From IMG/VR virus record IMGVR_UViG_3300040801_003053, positions 6,977 through 70,976 of that record: DNA of 64,000 nucleotides. The stretch is one strand, 5' to 3'. The notes beneath the pieces are model-generated. The model worked only from the letters and a program-made list of their open reading frames with translations. It had not been told where the DNA came from and did no database searches. Shown here piece by piece: positions 1-9,678 of the stretch; position 1 is the first letter of the stretch, and every line of letters begins with the position of its first letter. The DNA comes from a virus. A program made the position numbers and the translations under genes.

Positions 1-12
1 GTCAGAATGTTT

Positions 13-20
13 TATCTTTG
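13..20 (+). promoter_or_regulatory. Bacteroidota primary-sigma -7 promoter element (TATCTTTG)
   Basis: Matches TAnnTTTG about 30 nt before ATG 52; the -33 element would lie outside the window. Confidence 0.55.
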
Positions 21-51
21 GGCTATTGAAGTTTCATTTAAAGTATTTATC

Positions 52-438
52 ATGGAAGAATTAAGGAGTAAATTGGAGGGTATGACTAAGGGGGAGATTT
101 ACGAGATGTTCCCGGGGTCTGACGAGAGTTTAAAGAAGGATGACTTGATAGCGTCGATTATAGAGGCTGAGCGGGCGTCTTTGGAGGCTGAGGGTTCTGA
201 GGGTGTCGAGGGTGCTGTTGAGGCATCTGAGCGTGCGATTAGGACGGGTGAGGGTGTCAACAAGAAGTTTGAGTTCACCGAGGGTCAGATTGCGATGAGT
301 GAGGCGGCGAATGCGGGCAAGCGTGAGGCGTTGTTGAAGAGTGAGGGGTATAAGGCTAAGCAGGCGAAGCTTTTGGCGGCTAAGAAGGCTGAGCGTGCGC
401 GTATGGCGAAGTTGAACAAGCCTGTTAAGAAGAAGTAG
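52..438 (+). CDS. Hypothetical protein with N-terminal Rho-N/HeH-like helix pair and basic tail
   Basis: Start moved from 7 to ATG 52 (downstream of the promoter, A/T-rich leader); LEGMTKGEIYE...LKKDDLIASI resembles Rho-N/HeH. Confidence 0.5.
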   Translation: MEELRSKLEGMTKGEIYEMFPGSDESLKKDDLIASIIEAERASLEAEGSEGVEGAVEASERAIRTGEGVNKKFEFTEGQIAMSEAANAGKREALLKSEGYKAKQAKLLAAKKAERARMAKLNKPVKKK

Positions 439-462
439 TTTTAATTTTAAACCAGTAATAGT

Positions 463-801
463 ATGGCAAAGGCAAAGGAGGAGTCTGTTTTGGAGCAGGC
501 TTATTTAGTTGATGGCAGTCCGGAGCAGGGCGAGGTCATCCAGGATGCGGTTAGGTCCGCTAGTGACATTCCTGACAAGATTTCTGTTGGGGAGAATCCA
601 TTCAAGGTTATTTACAGGGAGGCACAACCTCGTCAGGGGGTCCAGAAGTATGTTCTGGGTTTCGAGTGTGACGGGGGTGTTATGTTGCGTGTTGTGGATT
701 ACAATGGTGGCAGTGGTGTTTCGAGCAGTTTGATTTTTGTTCCTGACGCTTCTCTTGAGGCTCATGAGAATGGGGAGACGTTTAATTTGATAAATCAGTA
801 G
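463..801 (+). CDS. Hypothetical protein (112 aa)
   Basis: ORF with A-rich leader, tightly packed in the operon. Confidence 0.6.
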   Translation: MAKAKEESVLEQAYLVDGSPEQGEVIQDAVRSASDIPDKISVGENPFKVIYREAQPRQGVQKYVLGFECDGGVMLRVVDYNGGSGVSSSLIFVPDASLEAHENGETFNLINQ

Positions 802-803
802 TT

Positions 804-1334
804 ATGGGTAAGGTAAAAGAGATGAAGGAGGAGGGGAAGAGTAAGATTAAGCAAACGAAACGGATCCAGCGCGAGGATGTTCGCTGTGCTTCGGATGCGG
901 TTATACGCAAGTTGGACACGACGGCGTTATTTGGTTTTCATGATATGGCGGGCAGTGTTTTGGAGGATTTAAAGCGTAGTGGCAACCATGTGTTTACGGC
1001 TCAGAGTTTGGGTGCTATTACGGCTGAGGAGAGCAATGATGCACTTACGCGTGTTCAGAACATGATGACCGAGTATGGTATTGTGAAGGAGCGTTTGGCT
1101 AAGGCGCTGAGTTCGCGTATGAAGAAGGAGATGCGTATCTCGAAGAGTCCTTTGGAGATTCACGTTGCGTTGAATCAGTTGGCTACGGACTATCCGGGGT
1201 TGAAGGAGGATTTGGAGAAGTTGCAGCAGGAGAAGCAGGAGAAGGAGCAGGAGCGTCTTTTGGCTGAGCAGGAGAAGAACAAGAAGTTGGAGAAGTTGGT
1301 TCCGGCGGGTAAGAAACCTAAAAAGAAGAAGTAG
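804..1334 (+). CDS. Hypothetical coiled-coil protein (176 aa)
   Basis: ORF 2 nt after the previous stop; charged helical C-terminus. Confidence 0.6.
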   Translation: MGKVKEMKEEGKSKIKQTKRIQREDVRCASDAVIRKLDTTALFGFHDMAGSVLEDLKRSGNHVFTAQSLGAITAEESNDALTRVQNMMTEYGIVKERLAKALSSRMKKEMRISKSPLEIHVALNQLATDYPGLKEDLEKLQQEKQEKEQERLLAEQEKNKKLEKLVPAGKKPKKKK

Positions 1335-1895
1335 GTGTACCTGGTAGAGATCAATAAGCGTTCGGGGTTGGTTGCTGTCGACAAGGAGTATGACGGCATC
1401 CGTTCTATTAAGGCGTTTAGGGATATCTTGGATGATCCGGAGCTGGGCATAGAGTGTATGACTGCGATTGCCTTGACGGTGGATCACCTGACACCTTTTG
1501 CTAATTATTCTTTATCGGAGCGTCATCGCCGGGCGATGTATGAGGTTACGGGTAATCGTGATGCGTTTGTCTGGAACCAGGAGAAGATACAGGTAGCGCT
1601 CAACAAGTATGATGAGCTTCAGTACAATCCGGCGCTTATGGAGAAGTTGCTTTTGGAGAATATGCAGCGCGACCAGCTCAAGGAGTTGGAGCGATTGCGT
1701 GGGGAGGGCGCTGATGCCAGCAAGCTCAAGGACAAGTTTTCTCAGTTGAATCTGACCAAAGGCTTGTTGGAGCAGTGGAAGAAAGACAATGACATCTATG
1801 AGGAGATCAAAAAAGGGCCTGTCAAAGGCAAGTACAGGCTCAAGCGTTTAGAGCGCAAGATCGAGGACAAGCAGTCATTTTATCAAAACCAGTGA
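1335..1895 (+). CDS. Putative terminase small subunit / conserved crAss-like pre-terminase protein
   Basis: GTG start; position immediately upstream of TerL; helical 186-aa protein resembling the gene that precedes TerL in crAss-like phages (inference). Confidence 0.45.
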   Translation: MYLVEINKRSGLVAVDKEYDGIRSIKAFRDILDDPELGIECMTAIALTVDHLTPFANYSLSERHRRAMYEVTGNRDAFVWNQEKIQVALNKYDELQYNPALMEKLLLENMQRDQLKELERLRGEGADASKLKDKFSQLNLTKGLLEQWKKDNDIYEEIKKGPVKGKYRLKRLERKIEDKQSFYQNQ

Positions 1896-1948
1896 TTTCA
1901 TGATATCCGGATTAGTATTTCTTACTGGTTTGCCTAATCCGATTTTCG

Positions 1949-1980
1949 GCGGGGAGCTTTGCCTACTTCCCGCTTTTTTT
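1949..1980 (+). terminator. Intrinsic terminator just upstream of terL
   Basis: GCGGGGAG/CTTCCCGC 8-bp stem (one G-U pair), 9-nt loop, T7 tract. Confidence 0.7.
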
Positions 1981-1988
1981 ATTTGTGT

Positions 1989-4337
1989 ATGGCGGTAAAA
2001 GCGAAGAAAATAAAAAAGTACATTCTCTCCGAGCGGGAGAAGCAGCTTCTCAAGGGGCGGCGCAATGGGTTTGTCTTCAATATACGTGACCGTATTATGT
2101 GGGCCGACAAGGTCAGTGGGGGCAAGTTTCACAGTAAGCACTATTCGCCTCTGACGCATGATGATGTGCCTCACATGATAGATGACAAGGTGGTGTATGG
2201 TGTTCCTGACATGGATGAGAACTCCTTGGAGTATGATGATTTTTGGGATGAGCAGGACAGGCGTTGCATGGAGGGTTATGCACCCATTGTCGATGGGATT
2301 GAGTATCCGCGCATTACGGGGGCTCATTATTTTTATCTCAACATGTTCAAGATCCTATTGCTTCCCGAGGGCAAGCGCAAGAAGGTTTTGGATTACCCTT
2401 TTTACCGGGTATTGGATCACATGATATTTTTGGAGCTGGAAAAGGCTGAGCGAGACGGTTATGGAATAATCGTGGGCAAATCAAGAAGGATGGGGCTTAG
2501 TTATATTGGATCGGTGATGCTTTACTGGCAGATGTTGTTTTACAAGGACAACTTTGTGGCGGTGGGTGCCGGAAAAGAGGATAAGGCGCAGGCCCTTTTT
2601 GCGAAGCTCAAGAAGGGTATTCAGAGCGTCCGGCCGGAGTACCAGGTCAAGTACCGCTACAAGAAAGAGGAGCTTCGCCTATGTTATGAGGTCAATGTCA
2701 ATGGTGTTCGTGAGGACCATGGCCTGAACAGTCAGGTGGACATCCGTACTTTCTTTAGCGACCCAAGTGCTTTCGAGGGGGGTTCTTACAGTTTTTTCAT
2801 TTTTGAGGAAATTGGCATCCATGACAATCTGATAAAAAGTTACAAGGCCAGTGAGCCTTGTTTTACCGATGGGAGTACGCAGTTTGGTGTTCCCTTTTTG
2901 TTTGGTACCGGTGGTGAAGTTGAAAAAGGGTCTAAGGATTTCAAGGTGATGATGGCCAACCCGGCCGCTTACGGGCTTAAGAAGATTGTCATTCCGAAAT
3001 TTATGTTTTACCCGGGGTCTCCCGATGAGGAAGCTGACGAGATGGACAAGGGTGTGAATTTCTTTGATATGCGTACCGGCCTTAATGATGAGGAAGGCGC
3101 ACTCAAGCACATCCTCAAGCGAAGGCAAGAGGCGAGAAAAAGCAAGGAGGGTTATATCAAGGAGGTGCAGAGTAATGCGATTAAGGAGAGCGATATCTTC
3201 TTAAAGACCGATGGTGGTGTCTTGAATCGTATTATGCTTTCAGCCCAGAGGGAGGCTGTTTACAATAAAGAGGTTCAGCATGAGGAAGAGCGTGGCCGCT
3301 ATGAGTGGGTCGACCGGGAGGAATTTGCTATTGAGCTGAGCCGTTGCCGAACTGTTAAGGAGCGCAACAAGGTACGCATGAAGCATAAGGCTGAGGTGAA
3401 GTTTGTTCCGGATCCCGAGGGGCCTGTATGCAAGCTGAAAGGCTTTGCGCCGATTAACGATCCCCGGATGCCGTACAATGCTGACATTATAGGGGTTGAC
3501 AGTTATGATGAGGAAGAGGCTTCTGAGAGCACCTCTCTGGGTTGCTCGCTGGTTTACCGTTGCTTTAATGGTGTTTCCAATGAGTATGACTTGCCGATTG
3601 CCTACGTTTATGAGCGCGGTGACGGCTCCAGTGATGACACTTTTTGGGACAATTGCCTCAAGCAGAGTGTTTACTGGAAAGCGCAGAGTCTTATTGAATA
3701 CACCAAGATTGCGGTACTTAACTACTTCCGTGATGTAGATGCTTATGAGTGGCTCCGGGAGAATCCGGACCTGTCTCCGGACCTGGTTACCAACAAAGGC
3801 CGTCAGCAGTACGGTGTGCGTATGACTGCCGGAAAGAAAGGTTTTGCTGCCCTGGTAACAAAACTTCTCAAGTTGGAGGTTCTGGACAACTGTTACAGCA
3901 TTTACTTTGAAGAGGTTTTGGACGAACTGATCGAGTATGGGGAGGTCAATACCGATATCGCTATGGCCTATGGTATTGCTCTTATCCACAAGCAGGATCT
4001 ATGGGATTACATTACCGATGACATTGATGAGCATGAGGTTGATGATAGCCTTTTGGATGGAATGATCTACTACCAGGAGAATGAAAGAGGCGAGTTGGTA
4101 GCGCAAGTTTATGACAGCCCCGGGGGCGAGAAATTACAGGTCTTTGACAAAAGAAAACACCTCTCCGGCGAAGAAAGGGAGAATTATCTTAACTTTGTAA
4201 AGGTACAGCAACAACAATTAGAGAAAGAACGGCAAAAAAAGTTATCTGCATTGCAGGAGCTTCAAACGCAACCCCAGGATCCATTCGCGTCCTTACGCGA
4301 AGAATATTTAGCTAAAATGGCAGAGCATGAAGAGTAA
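1989..4337 (+). CDS. terL: Terminase large subunit
   Basis: Walker A-like IIVGKSRRMGLSY, Walker B FFIFEEIG, RNase H-like nuclease IIGVDSYD...DIAMAYG; ATG 1989 preferred to the track start 1959, which lies inside the terminator. Confidence 0.9.
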   Translation: MAVKAKKIKKYILSEREKQLLKGRRNGFVFNIRDRIMWADKVSGGKFHSKHYSPLTHDDVPHMIDDKVVYGVPDMDENSLEYDDFWDEQDRRCMEGYAPIVDGIEYPRITGAHYFYLNMFKILLLPEGKRKKVLDYPFYRVLDHMIFLELEKAERDGYGIIVGKSRRMGLSYIGSVMLYWQMLFYKDNFVAVGAGKEDKAQALFAKLKKGIQSVRPEYQVKYRYKKEELRLCYEVNVNGVREDHGLNSQVDIRTFFSDPSAFEGGSYSFFIFEEIGIHDNLIKSYKASEPCFTDGSTQFGVPFLFGTGGEVEKGSKDFKVMMANPAAYGLKKIVIPKFMFYPGSPDEEADEMDKGVNFFDMRTGLNDEEGALKHILKRRQEARKSKEGYIKEVQSNAIKESDIFLKTDGGVLNRIMLSAQREAVYNKEVQHEEERGRYEWVDREEFAIELSRCRTVKERNKVRMKHKAEVKFVPDPEGPVCKLKGFAPINDPRMPYNADIIGVDSYDEEEASESTSLGCSLVYRCFNGVSNEYDLPIAYVYERGDGSSDDTFWDNCLKQSVYWKAQSLIEYTKIAVLNYFRDVDAYEWLRENPDLSPDLVTNKGRQQYGVRMTAGKKGFAALVTKLLKLEVLDNCYSIYFEEVLDELIEYGEVNTDIAMAYGIALIHKQDLWDYITDDIDEHEVDDSLLDGMIYYQENERGELVAQVYDSPGGEKLQVFDKRKHLSGEERENYLNFVKVQQQQLEKERQKKLSALQELQTQPQDPFASLREEYLAKMAEHEE

Positions 4338-6660
4338 CGATTTCCAGATGCCCGATCAGCGGGTTTCTGAAAAACAGAAAAAAACAAAGAAGTGGCACAT
4401 CCTACATGCCAACACTTTGGTTGAATACTTGGGAGGAACCCAATTCTCACAGCGACTTACAGAAATAGCCAAGCTCGAGCAGCTTTATCTGGCAAAGCCT
4501 GTTAAGCGGGCAAGCGTCACCAGCCCCCACGGAGAGCCGTTGGGTGAGAATTATGAGGTTTACCCACTTATTGAGAGTGTCATCGACAGTGTTGTGGGTA
4601 AGTATCTCTCCCGTCCGCCCAAGCGAAGTGCATACAGCATCAATCGCGAGGCGGTCAACTCCAAGCTCGATGCCAAGGTAGACATGATGATGGAGGACAT
4701 GATGCGTCAGTACACCGAGAATATCAATGCTACTCACGACCTTTCCCTTGAAACCGATAATCCTGACCTGGAGATCCCCGACAATATTGAAGAACACTTC
4801 TTAAAAACCTTCAAGACTCATGCCGAGGAAATGGCTGAGGATCTTATAACGCAATTCCTTGATGTCAACAGAAACAAAGAACGCTTCCGCTCGCTTCTTA
4901 CCGAGTACCTTTATGGCGATACAGCGGCTTGCTACATTGGACAGGAGGACGGGCATCCCAAGCTTGAGCGTTACCGCTATGATGAATGTTACTACGATAT
5001 AGACCCTTCAAAAGAGGTCCAGGACAATGTCAATGTTTGGGCCTCGTGGCAGTGGAAGCACGAAAACGAAATTCTCAATGAGTACCCGTTGGACGATAAG
5101 AACCGCAAGAAAGTCACAATGGCTTTTCAGAGTATGCGAAGCGGATCAATCAAGCAGGACAACTTCAACTTTGACAATCTCTCCGATGCTACGGACTACG
5201 CAAATTGCAGTGAGGGCACCAGCTACCGTAATTGGTATCAGACCAGCGGCAACAACCACAGGCTTCGCGTGATGAAAATGCAGTGGAAGTCTCGCCGGGA
5301 CATACGTTACAAAGAGGATGTTGATAAGATCACGGGAGAGAAGTTCAAGCGCCTTATTCCCAAAAGCTACCGAAAGAGAAACAACGACAAGATAACAACG
5401 GTGAGTGTTGAAACGATACACCACATTGATATGATCGGTCCCGAAGTTGTCCTTTCCTATGGGGAGCTGAAAGAAAGGCATCCTCGGATTGACAGCCCGG
5501 CAAAAAGTTACATTCCGGCCATCGGCCTTATTGGCAGGACGGATCTCAAAGGGTACGAGGTGCGTAGTTTGGCGCGTAAGTTAAAAGGTTTGCAACAATA
5601 CGCGTCAGACATCCTCTACCAGATGAAGCTTTTCGTCAACCAGCTTGAGGGCAAGGTTTTGGTCTATGACGTGGCTCAGACACCGAAAGAATTTATTCAA
5701 GGCCCTGGCGGGGCTAAAAATGCCGTCAACAGGGTGTTTCACCATATGCGTAAGGATAAGGTGGTGCTGATCAATTCCAAGGACAAAGGGCAGCGTAATA
5801 CCTTCAATCAGTTTACGACCATGGATCTTTCCAATCGGGGCTACTTCCAAGACCTTATGAATGCCCTGATACTTATTGAGGATCTCTCTTACAAGTTCAG
5901 TGGTTTACAATCTTCAGAGCAAGAAGGAGGAGAGAAGTACGATACGGCTACGAGCATCAACAGAAAGGTATTGGCTTCACACAGCCGACTGGAAGTTTAC
6001 TTTGAGCCTTTTGATAATTTTATTGGCTCCATGCTGACCCGGTTCTTGCAGGTATGCAAGTATGTCTATGACCAGGGGGAGGTCTTCCAACAAATTTTTG
6101 GTGACGGCCAGACCAAGTTCTTCACATTATACCAAGACTTCTTTGAGGCCGACCTGGGGATCTACATTGGTGACAGTGCTAAGAATTTCCGCGATAAGCA
6201 GAATATCGACCGGGCCGCTGAAATGGCTCTAAGCACCGCCAATGACCCAAGGCTCATCCTTGATCTTATTTCCGTACTGGAAGCTGAGGAAGCGACAGAG
6301 GGCAAAGCAATCTTTGAGCGTAGTGTAAAAGCCATGGAAGAGATTCAAGAGGCCAGAGAGCAAATGGAAAAAGAAATGAATGATGCCAACATCCAAGAAA
6401 AGCAGGATGAAAGAGTTTTTGAAGCTGAGCAAAATCAGCTTGACCGAGAGAATAAAATTGAGATTGCTAAAATACAGGCCAATGCCCAAACGCGAAATGC
6501 CAATGAGCAGAGGCTATCCAATGAGCGCATAAAGCGAGCTGAGCTGGAAAGTCAGCAAGGGCAAAAGAGCGATTCTTCAGGCTCCAGTAGTGGCTCTGAT
6601 AGCAAGCCCAAGGCTGAATCAAAAAGCAAGCCAGAGCCGGCCGCTCAGGAGTCGAAGTAA
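4327..6660 (+). CDS. Portal protein
   Basis: 777 aa, directly after TerL and before scaffold/MCP as in crAss-like phages; C-terminal coiled coil. Confidence 0.8.
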   Translation: MKSNDFQMPDQRVSEKQKKTKKWHILHANTLVEYLGGTQFSQRLTEIAKLEQLYLAKPVKRASVTSPHGEPLGENYEVYPLIESVIDSVVGKYLSRPPKRSAYSINREAVNSKLDAKVDMMMEDMMRQYTENINATHDLSLETDNPDLEIPDNIEEHFLKTFKTHAEEMAEDLITQFLDVNRNKERFRSLLTEYLYGDTAACYIGQEDGHPKLERYRYDECYYDIDPSKEVQDNVNVWASWQWKHENEILNEYPLDDKNRKKVTMAFQSMRSGSIKQDNFNFDNLSDATDYANCSEGTSYRNWYQTSGNNHRLRVMKMQWKSRRDIRYKEDVDKITGEKFKRLIPKSYRKRNNDKITTVSVETIHHIDMIGPEVVLSYGELKERHPRIDSPAKSYIPAIGLIGRTDLKGYEVRSLARKLKGLQQYASDILYQMKLFVNQLEGKVLVYDVAQTPKEFIQGPGGAKNAVNRVFHHMRKDKVVLINSKDKGQRNTFNQFTTMDLSNRGYFQDLMNALILIEDLSYKFSGLQSSEQEGGEKYDTATSINRKVLASHSRLEVYFEPFDNFIGSMLTRFLQVCKYVYDQGEVFQQIFGDGQTKFFTLYQDFFEADLGIYIGDSAKNFRDKQNIDRAAEMALSTANDPRLILDLISVLEAEEATEGKAIFERSVKAMEEIQEAREQMEKEMNDANIQEKQDERVFEAEQNQLDRENKIEIAKIQANAQTRNANEQRLSNERIKRAELESQQGQKSDSSGSSSGSDSKPKAESKSKPEPAAQESK

Positions 6661-6668
6661 AAAAGAAG

Positions 6669-6676
6669 TATATTTG
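6669..6676 (+). promoter_or_regulatory. Bacteroidota -7 promoter element (TATATTTG)
   Basis: TAnnTTTG in the portal-scaffold intergenic gap; no clear -33 TTTG. Confidence 0.5.
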
Positions 6677-6704
6677 TAAGTATAAACCAGTAAAATAGAA
6701 CACG

Positions 6705-7817
6705 ATGAGTACAGAATTAAATCCTAACGACGACAGTCAATTTCAAAAAATTGATATGAGCACCCTTGATGGCTATGAGGATGCTGATACGCAGTTGAAT
6801 GAAAATCAAAGTTCACTGCAGGACGATTTCGCCAAGGAGTTTATGACTCCAGATGAAATCAAAGCTCAGCAACCACCAGCAAAAGAAGAGTCGCGCCCTC
6901 CGGCCGACCATGGCAAGGATGCTACTTACCCGGCTGATTATGACCCCAACAAAAAAGTTGAGGATTCCAAAGAAGATGATGAAGACGAAGGCGATCTTGA
7001 AGATGAAGATTTTGACTTGAAGCTTGAGGATCTCGAAAAAGGAATCGAGGATGAGGTTGACCCTGATGTAGAGGCTTTCAATAGGATCATGAAAACGGAC
7101 TTTAAAACGATGGCAGAAGTGGAAGCCTTTAAATCGGAAGTTCGTTCTGAGGAGGTCAATGAAGAGCGCCAGCAAGTTGACCAGGCAAGGCAACTTAATG
7201 AGACCTATGATGCAATCCTGAAAATGCCTATTGAGGATGCAGTCTTTTACGATGTTCGCAGAAACTTCCAAAAGGATGGTAAGGACGTCAATAACGAAAT
7301 GGTGATCCAAGAGATCAAAGAAGAGGTCAACCGTCAGAAAGACTTGGGGATCCTTCAAACGACATACCGCGCTTTTAAAATGGAGCTGGAAAGCTATAAG
7401 CGTGAGAACAACCAGGTAATCCAAAGCTTCGAGTCCAAGCAGTCCGAAGCTGAAAAAGAGCAAGAGAGCCTGAAGAAACAGAAAATGTACGAAACAGCCG
7501 CCGACATACTGAAAGCGAAAACCTATATGGGTGTTCAGGTTTCACGTAAGGACGCGGTAAAGGCATACAACAATGCCAATAAAAACAATTTACGCAATTT
7601 GATTGACCGTGACCCGGCAACTGCTTTTGAGTTAGAGCTTCTGTACTCCATGAAAGACAAAATCATGAGTGTGCTGAGCCGACCCGGATATGATGCGGGG
7701 GTAGATGAGGTACTGAGCAAGCTTGAAGGTAAAGCTTCATCGTCCAACGTACAGGTTAAAAGGACCAGTGACAGTAGTGGCGGATCAAAAGATGTGGGAA
7801 GTCTCTGGGCATCTTAA
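6705..7817 (+). CDS. Putative capsid scaffolding protein
   Basis: Very acidic N-half, coiled-coil C-half, located between portal and MCP. Confidence 0.6.
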   Translation: MSTELNPNDDSQFQKIDMSTLDGYEDADTQLNENQSSLQDDFAKEFMTPDEIKAQQPPAKEESRPPADHGKDATYPADYDPNKKVEDSKEDDEDEGDLEDEDFDLKLEDLEKGIEDEVDPDVEAFNRIMKTDFKTMAEVEAFKSEVRSEEVNEERQQVDQARQLNETYDAILKMPIEDAVFYDVRRNFQKDGKDVNNEMVIQEIKEEVNRQKDLGILQTTYRAFKMELESYKRENNQVIQSFESKQSEAEKEQESLKKQKMYETAADILKAKTYMGVQVSRKDAVKAYNNANKNNLRNLIDRDPATAFELELLYSMKDKIMSVLSRPGYDAGVDEVLSKLEGKASSSNVQVKRTSDSSGGSKDVGSLWAS

Positions 7818-7910
7818 AGCGGCGAGTACGCTTTAGCCTGGAGAAAACTACAGAATCGATTGTGGATAGACCCGATCTGGTGGCGAGTACATCAGTGATA
7901 GTCATTTTTT
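7815..7910 (+). ncRNA. Candidate structured cis-regulatory leader of the capsid gene (two hairpins with identical GCGAGUA loops)
   Basis: TAAAGCG-GCGAGTA-CGCTTTA (7815-7835) and CTGGTG-GCGAGTA-CATCAG (7877-7895). Confidence 0.55.
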
Positions 7911-7941
7911 AATCAAAAGTTTAATTTAATACGATTTTAAA

Positions 7942-9609
7942 ATGTCGCAAATTTTTAGAGAATTAGGAGAGCGGTACAACCCGCAAATTCATACTGAGGA
8001 TCTTTCATTGACCATCAATATGAATAAAAATTTCGCAGTTAAGGAGAAATCCTTTGAACTGTTTGCCAACAAGAACAAGTTCATCTCGTTCTTGTACGCC
8101 ACTGGACGAATCAACATGGGGGCCAAGCAAGGAAAAGTTATGGCCGCTTCCGGAGAGATCTCCGATAACGCTTACCGTGTGCAGTACCAGGGCAGTTTGT
8201 TTATCCCTGCTTATGCAACGGGTGATGCTCATTTCGGTATTGTATTTGCCGGAAATGACATGACAGGAAATGGCATTACATATGAAGTTGCTGTTGGAGA
8301 TGCTGACGGAGTGGTTCATAACGTGGTAGGATCAATTGCTGTGAAGCATGACCCTGCATCAAACGTGTTTGGAGAGAAATTCAATGAGGGTGATGTAATC
8401 ATCTTGGGTGCCTACGAGGGGGCGCATTTCATTGTAATGGGAACACCTCGAAAAGCAAGCACCAACGACCACTATATCGTCAATGTGAAGTGTCAAACGC
8501 CAACAGGCTTCTTTGCTGAAGCAGATCTGGCTGACGGAGAACTTCTCTCAGAAGGTGGTAACAGGTTTGGTGAAGGATCTCAAAGAGGTTACCAAAGAGA
8601 AAGAAGGACTAAATGGAAAATCAATTACTCTTTCATTTCTCGTTCCACTTTGACCATCACCGGTTCAGCATTATCTCAAAAGAAAGTCGTTTGGCTTCGC
8701 AACACTGACACAGGCGCGAGAATGTGGGAGTGGGAAGCTGTACTCGATCTGAGAGAGCGTCATGCAACCTACCTGGAGCTTGGATGTCGCTATTCAAGAA
8801 CGTCCATGGATGCTTCAAGTCACAAATGGTTTGAGGACTACGGTACCAACCTGTTGACCCTTGATGGGTTTACAGCCGATTACGGTATTGTTGCCCCAGT
8901 CATCGGTGACGGATGGGTATCTCAGCTGGATGATGTCTTTACAGTGACTTACAACCCGAATAACGATTTCCCAATCGCTCTGCTCGAGTTGTTCATGACT
9001 GTTTTGGCTCAACGCTCACCTGCCGGCCCGACCGGAAATACCTTTGTGGGTATTGGTGACAAATTGGGTCACATCAAGATTGATCAAGGATTCAAACGTC
9101 TTGTTGGATGGAACTCTACCGAGGGAGGTACTGTTCTTGGAGCTACGCAGACTGTGTTCAACTACCGTACAGGTAAAGAGCACTCTCTTGGTTTCTCAAT
9201 CAACAAGTACAATTACCTGGGGAACACATTCATTTTCATTGAAGATGACTTGATGAACAACCCAGCGTTTGTTCCGCAAAACGGTGGTATCATCGGTACT
9301 GGTACAATCTACGTGCTTAACGCCTCTATGGTTAACGGTGTTTCCAACATCGACCTTTTGGCCCGTACAGGACGAGCACTCAGAGCCAAGTACATCGATG
9401 GTATGCATTCACTTGACAAAAACAGAGACGGCTCTTCAGTAGCTGCCACTGGATTTGACGGTGGACGCTATGACTTGCTCAGCGAGTACATGCCAATTAT
9501 CTACTCTACAGAGAGCTGTGGAAAGATCAAGGCAAGTGCTAAGTTTGCTGGAGGCGCATTGTCTGGCGAACCTGTTGCAAGTGAAAACGTAACCACTTGG
9601 CACTACTAA
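7942..9609 (+). CDS. Major capsid protein (HK97 fold, crAss-like)
   Basis: 555 aa, follows scaffold and is followed by a strong terminator; C-terminal DG-x2-YDLLSE...ESCGKI resembles crAss-like MCP ends. Confidence 0.8.
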   Translation: MSQIFRELGERYNPQIHTEDLSLTINMNKNFAVKEKSFELFANKNKFISFLYATGRINMGAKQGKVMAASGEISDNAYRVQYQGSLFIPAYATGDAHFGIVFAGNDMTGNGITYEVAVGDADGVVHNVVGSIAVKHDPASNVFGEKFNEGDVIILGAYEGAHFIVMGTPRKASTNDHYIVNVKCQTPTGFFAEADLADGELLSEGGNRFGEGSQRGYQRERRTKWKINYSFISRSTLTITGSALSQKKVVWLRNTDTGARMWEWEAVLDLRERHATYLELGCRYSRTSMDASSHKWFEDYGTNLLTLDGFTADYGIVAPVIGDGWVSQLDDVFTVTYNPNNDFPIALLELFMTVLAQRSPAGPTGNTFVGIGDKLGHIKIDQGFKRLVGWNSTEGGTVLGATQTVFNYRTGKEHSLGFSINKYNYLGNTFIFIEDDLMNNPAFVPQNGGIIGTGTIYVLNASMVNGVSNIDLLARTGRALRAKYIDGMHSLDKNRDGSSVAATGFDGGRYDLLSEYMPIIYSTESCGKIKASAKFAGGALSGEPVASENVTTWHY

Positions 9610-9637
9610 GATGGTAAGCCTTATATACCAATCACCA

Positions 9638-9678
9638 GAGTACACCAGCCCTTCGGGGTTGGTGTATTCTATTTTTTT
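9638..9678 (+). terminator. Strong intrinsic terminator after MCP
   Basis: 14-bp stem GAGTACACCAGCCC/GGGTTGGTGTATTC closed by a C(UUCG)G tetraloop, then T7. Confidence 0.85.

Noticed and set aside
7821-7890. GGCGAGTAC direct repeat read as a mini-CRISPR
   Set aside because: Only two 9-nt copies, which are explained as hairpin loops.
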